This document shows, piece after piece, positions 1-13,315 of a DNA stretch of 64,000 bases. The position numbers and the translations under genes are program-made. The notes under the pieces were generated by a model. It was not told where the DNA came from. It ran no database searches and worked only from the letters and a program-made list of their open reading frames with translations. Positions within the stretch are counted from its first letter, which is position 1, and the number at the start of each line of letters is the position of its first letter. Origin of the DNA: Balanoglossus misakiensis (taxonomy: Eukaryota; Animalia; Hemichordata); NCBI GenBank assembly GCA_040954595.2, contig CM082578.2, positions 12,026,420 through 12,090,419 on the forward strand, in the 5' to 3' direction.

Positions 1-2489
1 AAAATAACATTAATTTCACTCTTTTACTGATTAAAAAAACTGTACAGCATAAAGCAGTTTGCTGCAAGGTCAAAGGTCGTGAAATATATACATAGTCACG
101 CTAAAAACAAAAACGTGACCTTTTCACCCGTAGTTGTCCGTTATGAATGATCTCGTTGGGGGCACCAATATGGTGTAATTTATACGTCCACAGTGTACAT
201 CTGTCTAATTTTAATCAGTAATCATTTATAAATATCTTGTTTCGATGATGGAAAATATAATTCACAATTCACAATTGTTACTGATGTTAATATTGATAAT
301 AATCAAATGCGTGTAAGCCAAACGTCTGCCTTGAGTTAATCCATAAATTTGTCCCACTTTCGATGTACTTCCAAAGAGTAAAAATTTCATTCTTCTTTTA
401 ATATGATTCATGACTGACGATATAATGTACATGTGTCGACCCATTTCGCGTGTCAGGATGACGCGTTCTATGACGATTTCTGTTTTTCTTTCAGTTGAAA
501 GAAAACACATATTTTACGCGCTTACAAAAAAGAAGAAAATATCAGGCATAATTTTAACCATATGTTGGAGAACCCTCTGATAAAAATCACGAAATGGAAT
601 GAAATTATACACTAAAATGTTTTAGACGAGGGAAATGTTTAAATGAAATCCAAGCCAACTAATCCGTCAGTAAGTTGTACGCGGATATTTTTGTACTGGC
701 GCAGTCGTCCGAATTTAGTGTCTTACTCTTCCAGAATAGAAAGAGTTCCGCGTATAACCTGTTAGAGACTTCTATTCTCAGACTCGAATGAGCTACTTCC
801 GACCGTTCTTTGGGAATGCTATGTGCGCATGATGCGTGGCAAACTTCACCCCCTCGACAACCAGTTGTAGTAATCGGAATTTGAGTGGCATGCTTTTTAG
901 CGAATTTCGATTCTGAGTACAATAAGTGGGGTTTTAATTCAGCTGTGAAGGCAAATTAACCATCATCGCAAAAATAGAGGAAGGTTTGAATTAGAGGACT
1001 TTACACACCCAGCTATACCGGTAATTAAAACTGTCCAACTATAAAGTTGAAACCGGTGTACAGATAATTGCTATTTACAAAGGTCCCATTTCCAGTATGG
1101 AAAGGTGGTGGCAGGTACGTTGAGGGAAAATTTCATTACCCGCAAATGAAATTTTAGGTACAGTTTCTTTAGACCCGCCACTCTTACTGATACATGTACT
1201 GTGATACTGACTACAAACGTAGGGTTAAAATGATCGGGATAGTTCGTCAGTGCAGAGACTTTCTATATAAGTTTGTATTAAAAAATACCATTCCTTTGAC
1301 TTTAATGCACACCATGTGCCCAAAGGTAACGCAGTAGTACATTATCTGTCATTGATAGAGAAACCCATTTGCAGTTTAAATTGCGCAAGTCTTAGTTTTG
1401 ACGGCAAATAGGGAAATAATTTTAACTTTTTAATACTGTCGTTTAATTCGAAAAAAAAACATCTACAATGTAATTACTTTAGGACGTGATAGAAAATAAC
1501 AGTCTCAGTCGGTGGAAATTTGGTTTGAGTTTTTTTTACGGTGACTTTATTTTTCACTCTAAATACAAGACATTGACCGGACCGAGTATAGGAGAGTTCT
1601 CGGAAATACACAAAATATTGACGACGGAAATATCGCTTTTCCTTCAAAGATGTGAAACTCTAAGCGCCGATGTTTTATTGATTAAAGATGTAAAGTGTTG
1701 CATAATTACGCCTCCCTTTCACAAAGAAACAACGGGAGCCGCGTTCAGGTCGCTCGAAATGCCATCATTTGAGGTGCCGAAAGAGAAGCGAATCCCAAAC
1801 ACTGAATGAGGCGTATTACTCATTGCGCATTCGTGTTAATGGGCGTGCAGCGATCGATAGCATATTCGCAAGAAATGCGTTTGATTCCTCGTCTGGTCCG
1901 GCTAAGTGTACAGTATTCGTATATATCTGCCCGCGGGCGGCTGTTAAACGCAGCAAGGGGCTCCATCAGTTAAGTAATACGACTGCGGCGCACTTCTCGT
2001 GAAAACACCTTGTAAAGTGGGCACGACATCACAAAAGACACACTTTGTCGCCTCCTTTTGCAAATCGAAGCAATAAGCCGCCCAAAACATCAAATTTAAC
2101 CGCCGTTTTTTTATTTGAAGACGTAATGTTATGTTGGGAATATAACCCTTTTAACAGTCACACACCGTTTGCTAAACAAATATCGATCACTTCATCAGCG
2201 CGGTCTTCAATATCAAACACGATGTTTATTACAACGACTGATAACATTTTAAAATCTTTTTTATTTTTTTGTTTACCCTTTCATGGGGGCTTCCCGTATT
2301 TAATTTCCAATGTTGCCGTGTGTACAAAAACAAAATCTTCAATATCGATGAATTCAACAGGTGGACTACACGTATACATGTTCCTTGTAGCAAAAAACAG
2401 GCGGTGTTTTTCCTCCTTCCAGAAAACGATAATCTCTTGATTTCCGCCATCACGATAGACGCGTATCATATGTTACTTTTTAAGGAGAG

Positions 2490-2523
2490 ACTTTGCATTA
2501 CGCGTAACTTTGCATTACGCGTA
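2490..2523. repeat. Perfect 17-bp tandem duplication
   Basis: actttgcattacgcgta x2; each copy plus the next base contains the palindrome TTACGCGTAA. Confidence 0.85.
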
Positions 2524-5500
2524 AAACGTTCAAATACTTGGATGTTGGTAATTTTACCTCCGTTGTGAGATTAAATATGTTGTCTCTCGCACAGGTTCGG
2601 GGATTGCGAGCGCTTCTTGGAAAAAACATGTGGTAGATTAATTTTCTGGGGGAAAGAACGGTTATTGGGCTTGTCCCCTGCCTTCCATAGTGTCAGTAAT
2701 TGGCAGAGTGAAAGTATGTAATTTCCATCGGTTGGTTGGTTGATGTAACACTATGCCGTACCTACTGGAACGTTCACTCAAACACTGACAGCTAGCTGAG
2801 AGTGGTAGGCGGACAAACAGAACTAATCAAAATAAGGCATCGAGTTGAGCCCTGTGAAATAAACGCGAAGATGTCTCGCCTTGATGATTAATTTGGTCGT
2901 GGCAAACTCAAAACGACTGGGACTTTGGAGAGCTTGTGGATAAAATTCAAATTAGACGCTTTTAACGAGAGTTTATAATCTTCAGCAACCACCCCTCATC
3001 GCGGGTTTCCTCACATAATTTTTGTTTAAGAAAATTGCCCGTAATAACCGCCGTTTCCATGGCGACACGCTTTTGACAAATTGATCTTTAACTGCAGTAT
3101 ACATTGCATCAAGCACGGCCGTTGGTGATTGCAGCTAGTGGCAGACAGACGCTCACTCGTGATTTTTTTCTCCTTTTTTGGATTGGTGATTCTGCTTTGA
3201 TGTATCGATGGATCAAGTGGCGACACGTTCTTGTTTTTTTTTCTCTCACAATCAAAACTGTTACGCCCTTTTATTGTATAACTCAATCGCCACTCGCATT
3301 TCAGAGCACAGCTCGCTTGGAAATTAGGGAACAGAATCTCCGCGATTTATACAATTAGGTTCTAGGTTAGATTAACTGGCGCTTTTGAGACAATGTTCGG
3401 GACAATTTACTTGCGCAGTTTCTCACTGCGTCCGGCGATTCTCCAATTCCTTGGCTTGTAGCTGCTTGTTTAGTCTCCTTCTTTTCCCCTTCCAATCGTA
3501 CATTCCAAAAGTGTGCAATCAACGGTTGTTGTTTTGCATCACACGCAAAGGTAATAACGACAGTGAAATCAAGCGTTGTTTATAATCATGGTGCGTATAC
3601 TGATAATCTTTTTCTCTGATTTTAATCAGTCTGTATATTTAAAAAATATAACTTGACATAGCGCGATATGGCCATGGGTGCGCCAGCCCTGCGTGCTGTC
3701 ACGCTATCATTACTAGTCCACGTGGGTACAAGAAGAGCATTTTAGGCAATAGTTTTATAGATTTTAGCCAAACATTAGTTTGTGTAGCGTATGGCTTTAA
3801 TGTACATGTATGTACAGGACTGTGTGTTTTCACTCCGACGGTCTTGCAGTCAGAGGGTAATTCACTCGCATTGCTATGTCCACATACTTACCGTCATTTG
3901 CCGAACTGCTGCCTTTCTAAGAGTTGTTTGCGTGGCCGTTAGGTACTATAGTATAGGTTTAACCTTAAACATTCTGCAAACAACTTTGTAGACAAATGCG
4001 ACGCTCTGACGATTGCGCCGGTTCTGTTCCGCAGAGACTTTGGGGAATCCGAATGTGATTTAAGCGATAGTCAATCGTTAGCCGCTCCCCAGAGCTCAAT
4101 TATAGGGCTTTCAAATTATTCGAATTGGTACGACGATGACCTTCGTTATGTGCTCGTTTCTCCGTGGCACATCTGCACGATAACGGGCTGTGTAAACAGA
4201 TTACGCGCAGATAAAACGACCGTATACTCAGTTGTTTTAGGGAAATCGTATCAGATATATTGTCTTCAACCATTCGTCAGTCAATCATCTTTGAGTACTA
4301 CGTCGCCCAATTTTAGAAATCTATTAGGATTTTCCATTAAAATCTTAATTATCTATAAAAAGAGAGAGAGATAGAGAGAGAGGAGTTGATCCTTTTTTTG
4401 GAGTTGCGAGCTTCAGTATGTGTGCAATTTATTTCAAATCATCAAAAGGGGCGTCGAATGGATTTCATTAATTTTAACGTTCTAAATTCACGACACTGTA
4501 CGCAACATTATACAACTGAATGGTCGTACTAAAGATGATTATAAATTCCTCGGAAGGAGGTTAACAATCCCGACCTTGCCTACAGTCTCATAAATGGACT
4601 CATTTGAATGCTGTTATTTTTTTTACACTTTTTTGAATCTTTTCGCTCCTAACAACAAGCTAATGGTTTTGACATAAAGATTTTATTTTACATACCGCGT
4701 CGGAGGCAGCCCTTTCGCCATTTGATATTTGATAAGGAAATAACTAAGTTCAGTAGTGAAGTAGTCGCCAAAACAAGTACTGTTTCCGGCAATGCAATCC
4801 GTTTTACGACAAAACACAGCCCAACTGATATTATTTTATATTACGCCGTGTTTTACGTTGTGTCATGATAAGTTATGGCGAGTCATGTACTCAAAATAGA
4901 TTGCTATGGTTACCGAGACCTCAGATCAAAACAGTACTAACATCCCGCTTATCAGTGCCGAAACGAGTTTACTTCAGGTTGCAACCAGCGCCCTACCACG
5001 TGACCAGGTTTGGTCATTTATGTAGTGAGCCCAAAGAAACTTTTCGACAAACTTTAGTTCTCTTGCAAAACGAAAATAAAGAACCTGTAAACAACAGAGA
5101 ATCAATTCGGTTCCAGCAAAGACGTTTTCGCTTCGTCTTATGATAAACCTAGTGCACCGATGTCCACGCCATCGCGAGATTCTCCCTGTTCCAGCGTCTT
5201 AGAAAAGCTCCAAGCAGGGATTAGGTTAAGTAACGGCCTACTCTACTAGATAAGAACAATGATAACACTATCGCAGCCTTCTGTGTAATTTGCAACTGCA
5301 AACAGCGTGGATCGACATCGTACATGCCGGGCATTTAGGGCCTTTTGAAGGACACGTTTCCTTCAAAGGCTTGTCAGCGAAGCTGAAAATCGAAGATAAA
5401 GGAATGATAAACACCGAACAAGCACCAACAGACGGCCGTTCTGTTTGTGTGATTTTCTGTTCTAGATTTCTGTCCCTGGTTTGTTAATAGGCTACGACAC

Positions 5501-7531
5501 ATAACGCTCAGCCTTAGAATAGGTGTGCGCATTACTGCGTACACACGGGATTTGAAAATGTCACCTACTATTACATGAAAGGGCTATTTCTTTAACTAAC
5601 ATAAGCACTAACTTAAAGCGTTTGCCGATTTTGTTAACAAACACATTGTGATATGCTGAAACGTTCAGGTTCTCCCCATGGGTCTTCTTGTGCGATCCAA
5701 GGCAAGAAAACAGTGCAATTATAACATAAGTAAGGTAGCCAGATTACTAAACAATCCGGGAACACTAGTTGCGGAGCGCGAGAAGTACAAAAACCTACGT
5801 CGGAAAGTGTTTGACTCTAGTGACAGGTCAAGCGTGAGACGGGTGAATTCAGGACTGCATCTACAGTCCAAACCATGGGACACAAGCAAACAGAAGCAAT
5901 TAATAGTAAAACTCGGTCGTTCGTGGAATTGGATCAATTTAACCCGTAAATTAAAAATCGATCCACTTTGTGTTCCAGTCGTCAGTCACGATTGCGACGC
6001 CTGCAACGCAAGAGTTTTTTATTTTTGGATGCAGATTGCAATCGCCCACTGATTAAATGCCGCTGACGGTGTGAGTTTATATAGAGTCCAGGACAGAAAT
6101 AATCGTGCATGTTACCCGTTTTTTTAACGTTTTGTTAAAACACAATGTAATTTTGATACGTGTTTGTCAATGTTGATTAGTTGCTTGATTGGACTTGGGT
6201 TCTTTTTTGTGTGTTGCACAAATACTATGATGAATTAATTCCAGTATTGAAGCGATGTTCACTTAACCCCGCCACACACAAAGTCATCTGCACAACGCCA
6301 TCTTTAATATCTTTAATAACATATTAAAAGGCTTTTTTATTTGTGTGTGCCCTTTACTGTCATAGGTCAGCAGTACTTTTGTGTTGTAACAAGCACACGC
6401 TGTAAGACAAAGAATGTATTGCTTGTTACCGCGCCAAAAGATGTGTATCGTTTGGTTCTGGTCGGGTGTCCAAGAAAACATTCACCGTCCAACTGAACTT
6501 ACTGCACGATATAAGCTTAGAAGTGTCAGCATTGACAACAACAGCACCACACTCGTGTTTTTGTTAAAATCTGGTCAGGTCTGTTTCTCTAAATCAAATC
6601 AAATAACGCAATTTTGAAGACAGCAAACGACACACCAAAAAGACTGGATATCGAACGTCGTGATGTAATACAATACACGTCATGTTTACAGTACCACGAG
6701 GCTCTATTCTCCGAGAAGCAGAAATTTGAATATCGACAGAGTTTCTCTAAAAGTCCATTTCCGCTCCCATAAAACTGAAAACACGCCACGTTTCTATTAG
6801 TGCTGCGTTCTTTTGTAATTCGTACTGTGAACAGGTGGATTTCGTCGAGAGTGATTTGTGGCGTTATATGAATGCATTGTGCCACCGTTCTCCCTCCTCG
6901 CTCCATTTGAATGGCAGCGCTGTCTCCGCACTCAGGCGCGAAAAAATCATGTCGTCAATATGGCACGTCAGGTGACGAACGTATCGCTGGCTCTGAACGC
7001 TTCCGTCTCCAGTCTCGCCATTCTGGATGATTTTTTTCTTTCACTTGTGTGTGGAGGTAATTCGTCGAGTGATGGTATCGTGCATCGAGTGCAGCAGACA
7101 GTCGACCATTGCGTCAGAAATAATCGCCAGACCAATGATGTGCTAAAAATACAAATCACCTTTTGACCCGAGGTATTGACGCATCGGTATAACAGCCGTG
7201 TATTTTACGAAATGTATATTTCACTGATCCGTCAAATTTTAGACATTAATCGATTCACTGCCTTATGCCAAAAATGGTAACATTTTAATTTCTGTTCGAG
7301 TTTTAGTTTCGTGTCCATGTACACGGATTTGCCAAGTGTGGTACTAAGGACAAAATCTGCCAAGACTGATCCGGATGTACGCATTTCAAGTAAAACGTTT
7401 AAAATAACACATAATATTTACATGCATATATATTCGGCATATGGTACTTGCAATGTCAGCACTATCGCATAGCAACATTCTCAAAACGTCACATTGTGGT
7501 GAATTTACATGAAAATCAGTGCGATCTTCTC

Positions 7532-7551
7532 GTTGTTGTTGTTGTTGTTGT
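7532..7551. repeat. (GTT)n microsatellite; a similar run lies at about 46057-46075
   Basis: gttgttgttgttgttgttg; explains the poly-Q runs in ORFs 7386..7610 and 45870..46130. Confidence 0.85.
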
Positions 7552-10500
7552 TTTTTTGGGGGGTGTTTATAGTCATGTCCTTGTTGAGGATTCGATGTGA
7601 GGTTTGTCACGGAATATGAATCATCTATACTTTGAATTTAGTTGGAGCAAACGATCATCGATCAGACACGATAGTGTTTAAATATATACTGATCTCGTCT
7701 GTTAAATCTGTAAGCAGCATATTGCTCATACTATTTTGTACATCAAATTTAATGAACAAAAAATACGTGTTTCCACCGACCCATCAACCCGTCCACACAC
7801 GCAGATATATTTAAATTGGTTATTTCTGAAATACTATTTCGGTCAAAATTCAGCAAGATAAATCTCCATATACCGAACACGTAAACAGCCATTTTTCAAA
7901 ACGCTAAACGAAAAATCGTCTTACTCCGGCACGTGTCAGACACACACGAATCAGACGCATGTATAGGCTGCACAGAAAAGAATATGGTCCCAACAGCCAG
8001 GATAGTAATGTATGCCTTACTACGCCCTGGGTAACATCAAAAAACGGCGAGAAAATGTGAACTCTTCAGTGAAATTACTGGGAAGTACTTTGTAATCCCA
8101 TATCGCCATATGACGTGTTGGCGGGACCACAGATGTGTCGAATAACGACACAAATCGATCAGCCCCAGTTTAACCCTTCTTTGCATGCAACCAATTGTTA
8201 GACAATGATCAAGCAAGCTTGTTATACGTAAGAGTAATCGTCGTGTATTTTTACCGACATCGTTTACTGTGGCTTGAAATCTAAATTTATCACTGGTTTG
8301 TCCTGCTGAGGTTTTTTTGTGTCATGATGCGATTACTGTGGCCGTCTGTGTAATTACATCATCGCCAATTAGTCATATTGCAACTGACTCGCGAGTGTGT
8401 GGTATACCTCCCACCGACTTCCAAACGTTGCGTTTTAAATTCAGACTGGAAAACCTCCAGTCGGGAAGTGCCGTACCCGACCCCAGCATTCACAATCTCC
8501 CCTAAAATACGCCAGTTATTCCCGTCTTATGCACAGCACTTTTACTGTCACGGCTGCATCTTCATCTTCATGAACCCCCCGCGATGAACTATGCATAGGA
8601 GTCACGCGAGGTGACGCCTGGACTAATCCAATTCAGATTAGATCGCCAAATAATATGATTTTACTGTCGGCATCGTCTCGGATATCGCTTTTAAACTTAG
8701 TTCACGGGAAATGTCAAATGTTATGATCATATGCTGTCATCTCTAGTCTTGTGCCCCTCTGCACAGATTCTACCTAGAGATAGAGTTAATTACCGTATCA
8801 TTTCATGCTAACTGATTTGTTATGCAGAATCTCACATTACACGCTCAATATTGTATTCAGCCCACGGATTCATGATCGGATTATCGGCGCTTCGTGGGAT
8901 TATATTGGCATTTAAGTGAGTTTGAAATGATTCTCTCTCAGTCTCTCTCGCTCCCTCCTTTCCTCCCCTCCCACCCACCCCCTCACCCCTGTCTTTCTCT
9001 TTTTTAATCAGTTTGTATTACCTGTCCGATTCTTACTTTACCTTGATCAAATGGGGGCACAACCCAAGTCAATGTACTCTATAGATATATCCTTGTTTAC
9101 GGTGAACAAATTGAGACTGTTTTAAATGAAAAGTGAAAGGGGGTCGCTGTGCGACGTTCTGTGATCAAACTGACAGTAACCTGTGAGCGTCATGACCGAA
9201 AGTGACCCGCAACCTATACAAAAGAACATTTCTATTGTATCAGTCACATTCCATTAGTTAATGATTGCACAGGGCTCCATCTGTTCCATTAAAAATATAT
9301 AGACTACAGTGCCTCCTTCACACGGGGAGTACACCAGATATATGCTGAATTTTCTACTAGCAGAATAATACGATAGTGTTTCCGTTGAAAGTGCGCTCGG
9401 AATGCATCTGAAACTTAAGAAGGCGTTTGTCGTATGCCAGCGGACTGTTTGTAGAATTGAATACGAAAAACAACGCGAAAATACAATCCAATAACCTCCA
9501 GTCGCTAATAACCTGTTCGCCGATCTTTGGACGTTTCTTGATTTGGGATAAGTAACTGTTCATCTAAGTACATGTAGTTCAGTCGGTCTCATTTGAGTGA
9601 CGTTCCCATGGCAACAATCTTTGAGATAGAGCGAAGACTCTCCCATCCTATAACCCCCATCTCTTGAACAATTTCCCAAACTAAAATATCTGCAGACGTA
9701 TACACTACATGTACACAGGGGGAGCTGACAGTAGGTCTCATACAACCTGACTGAAAGCTTAAAGGGTTAATCTCGAGCTTGCTTCAGCCTTCTATAGCTA
9801 GCACTTACCTCTTTATGTGAAAGTTTGGCCAGACAATCGGTTCTTTCATCCCGTATTTGCGGTTTGCCTCAATGCGGACTTAATACCATATTTCCCCAAA
9901 ATCCCAAATCCCACATTTTCTCACCTTTTACACAAACGTCTTTTGAAATAAAACGATTAACGCAGCCACAGTCCCTCTATTACATTATCTATTATTGAGG
10001 GACCGTGGCTCAGTTCTTCTGGGGTATTTTGGCTTAGTTTGATTCAGAACGGTTTAAAAACTGTTAATAAGTGTCTTGTGTGACTGCAACTGCTCTCTAC
10101 TATTTGATTACAATAAACCTCTTGAAGTACCAGGCAACATTTTAAAGGGGATGGACTGGCGTGTGTTTAGGATTATCAGGAAAAGAAGAAGATGCCTAGA
10201 ATCCTCACGTGGCATCGTTACCGACACGAATTCCGCCTCTTCACGAGTGAGAGCCCGACCACGTTGCCGCGCTTTTTTTTCTTTCTTTCTCACTATGATT
10301 TATTCAGTGATTTATTGAATGATTTATTGAATGGTCGGACGTCGAGTGAAATTTATGTGAAAGGCGGTTCATTATGGACGCTTCATCGGCCACCAAACAT
10401 GTCAAGTCATCAGCGGCAACGGCAGCAGACTTCTCAGCTACCGCCATCTTTGAATTTCAATGACGTTGACAGAACGGCGATGGTAAATTGAAACTCCGAG

Positions 10501-13034
10501 TACTTCTGGGTATACGCGGTGCCGCAGATGGGCGTGATATTTAAAATCTCCCCGGCGAGATCCTCGCGTTCAGCGCGCGGCAAAACAAACCTAGCATGAA
10601 TTGATGCCCATCTAATCACATAGCCGATTGGAGTAGAATTTTTTTAAATTTAAATATTGATTTCTTAACTGACGGGTGTCAAAATTAGAATCATTCACAC
10701 TCTAAAACACATGACAAAGCAGCGCTACCAAAAGGTCGTAATTGTTCGTAGGTGACTGCAGCGAGAATTCAAGGAATATTCTCTTTAATATCTCTGTCAA
10801 TGCTCATGTGCGCGGCATTGGGCGATGTGCGCGTATCGCACAGTGTAACTATAAAAATATTATAATAGTATATGCGCATGTCATTCTGTGAATTCTAAAG
10901 TGACATTTGTTTGTACTCGCCGAGGGGGTCAAAGTTGTCCCCTCCCCCCTCATCACTGACTGAGCAATATTTGCGTAAAGTAACGTGATATGGGGCTGTG
11001 ACGTCACATTGCCAATATGTGCTCCGTAATAAGTATTCCGTGGAAAAAAAATCAAATGTTACCTATATGCATGTACGACTGAAAGCGGAATATGACAGCT
11101 GGGGATCAAACAATACTGTCATCCTAACTTCAAGAACACGTTATTGCAATTTTCCATTATGCTCGCGGATTGACTGTATTCATATTATGTGCCCAGGCAA
11201 TGTCAGGTGAAACGAATTCCGATCGCGTGACCTGTGGGTCTTCTGTTCTGTAGCTGGCATTGAAAATCTGCATTCCCTTGACTGAACCCGATTGGAAAAC
11301 ATTGTCGCCGATTCGGGTGCGTGGACAGTTCTAGTATGTACTGCAGCACTGTACCTTGTTGTCTGCCTAACACTAGCGCTACGCATATACGTACCGCACA
11401 AGTATTAGCCGTCTCCGTACTCTACATCTGATTTTAATTAGATTGCAAATACCCATAATTATTTCTTGAACCTTTATACACTTTGGGACAGTCTTTGTTT
11501 CCATAGGGGTCAGCGGTCATTTGCCGTGCGCCACCCCCAGGCCGCAGCAACTGACCAGGCCCTTATGACTTGAAAAGAGAGGAAATAGTCTGAGTCACTG
11601 CGCAATGTAACCTCCATTCCCTTCCATTCACACAAATCATGTACATTGTACATGTACTTGTGGCAAACAGTATCCAACTCTGCTTCCTATATACAAGAAC
11701 GATTAAAGCTCTTACATGTTACTGGCAACCTCGTGACATTAACAAACACGTTTGAACATGTATTTCCAATCACGTTAACCTTGTAGTTTCCCTCGCAGTT
11801 AATTTAAAACTAACTGTATAATTAATTGAGACCTGATTATATGACGGCATTTCCTGTGTTAACGAGCGAATACTGGCACGCGCCTTGTACGGATACTTTT
11901 TCTCGGTATTTCACATCTGTTAAACGTTTATGCGATAATCTGACGGCCCAATACTGAATAAAAACTACCATTTTCTTTGGTTTATTTTTACGGTTGCCGA
12001 TCACTTGGTGTTCTTCGTCAATGCAAAGTTCCTGACCCCTTGTCTAACGTAGGTAAAGCGGTAGGCGTCACGAAGAAACACGGGATGATCATTAAATTAA
12101 CACCGACACCATCGAGAAACATAACCCGCACCAGGTTGCCGTATTTTTTAAGACCGAATGACTATTGATTTGCATGACTCGTTGTAATTAACTCGAAGTG
12201 TATCGATTGTTCGGAGAGTCAGATGTTATGATTTACCCCCGAATTGCCCGCTGGCCATCTATTCATGCCGCCCAACCTCGTTAATTTTAATTTCACGTGG
12301 TGGAGAATACATCTTTAAGCAAAATAAAATACCGACGGATTCACACGTCACTTATTCAATCCAAACAAACAAACTATTACGTCTCCTGAGACGTTTTTAT
12401 GAAATAACAAGTGTTACCTAATACCTGACCCCGTTTTAATTCATCATGTAAAAAAATCGGCAGTCAGCTATCGTAGTCTCAGTGACTGAGACGATCCATT
12501 GACATCGTTAAATTAAATTAAATTATGTATTCAAAATTTCCTGACTTCTATCTGTACGCCCCGTAGAAAGGTAAACGTTTGTAATCCCCGCCATGAAGGC
12601 CACCTTTCCGGATTAAACGTTCTTCTTCTGACACTCTGCAAACAAGCGAAGACTTACTTAAAGCGCGGCTGCCCCCGGGGGTTATATCCTCTCGCACAAT
12701 TAACGTGGAAGATGTTGGCAGGGGGCTCCTGAACGGCATTAGGGATGACAGTGATTGTGTAAAACGCCGGGCAAAGTGGGAAGCCCGATCGAAAGTTTAT
12801 GGTATTATCGATAGCGGTGTCAGTTTTGTCGACAGAGCACCGGGCGAATAGATCGCTGATTGGCCGTTCCGCTCGCTGTCTTGGGAGATTGAAAAGCAGG
12901 ACGCATCCCAGTGCAGCTGGAATGCCCCACGGACGAAAACACAACAGAAAATTGTCTCCAGGGAATACGTACTGAATTATCTTAATTAAGCAATCGGTCT
13001 AAGTTATTGCACTATTCCTTATATTTTCATTTTG

Positions 13035-13315
13035 CTCGTTGGTTGGTTGTTTGGTTCATTCATTCATTCATTCATTTGTTTGTTTGCTTGTTTATTTTTG
13101 TTGTGTTTTGTTGATTAATTGATTAATTGATTTACCGATCCGACTTATTGATTAATTAATTAATTTATTGCTAACTAACAGACATTGATTGACTGTGATC
13201 ACCAGACTAATTGGTCCGTTGGTTGTTCGGCCGGTCGATTAAAATTGGTTGGTTGGTTTGCTGGTTGCTACGCAGTCCCTGTGGTTGGCAGTTTGGTTGG
13301 CTGGTTGGTTGGTTA
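13035..13315. repeat. Compound degenerate tetranucleotide microsatellite (TTGG/TTCA/TTTG/TTGA)
   Basis: ttggttggtt, ttcattcattca, tttgtttgtttg and ttgattaattgatt runs share a 4-bp register. Confidence 0.8.
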
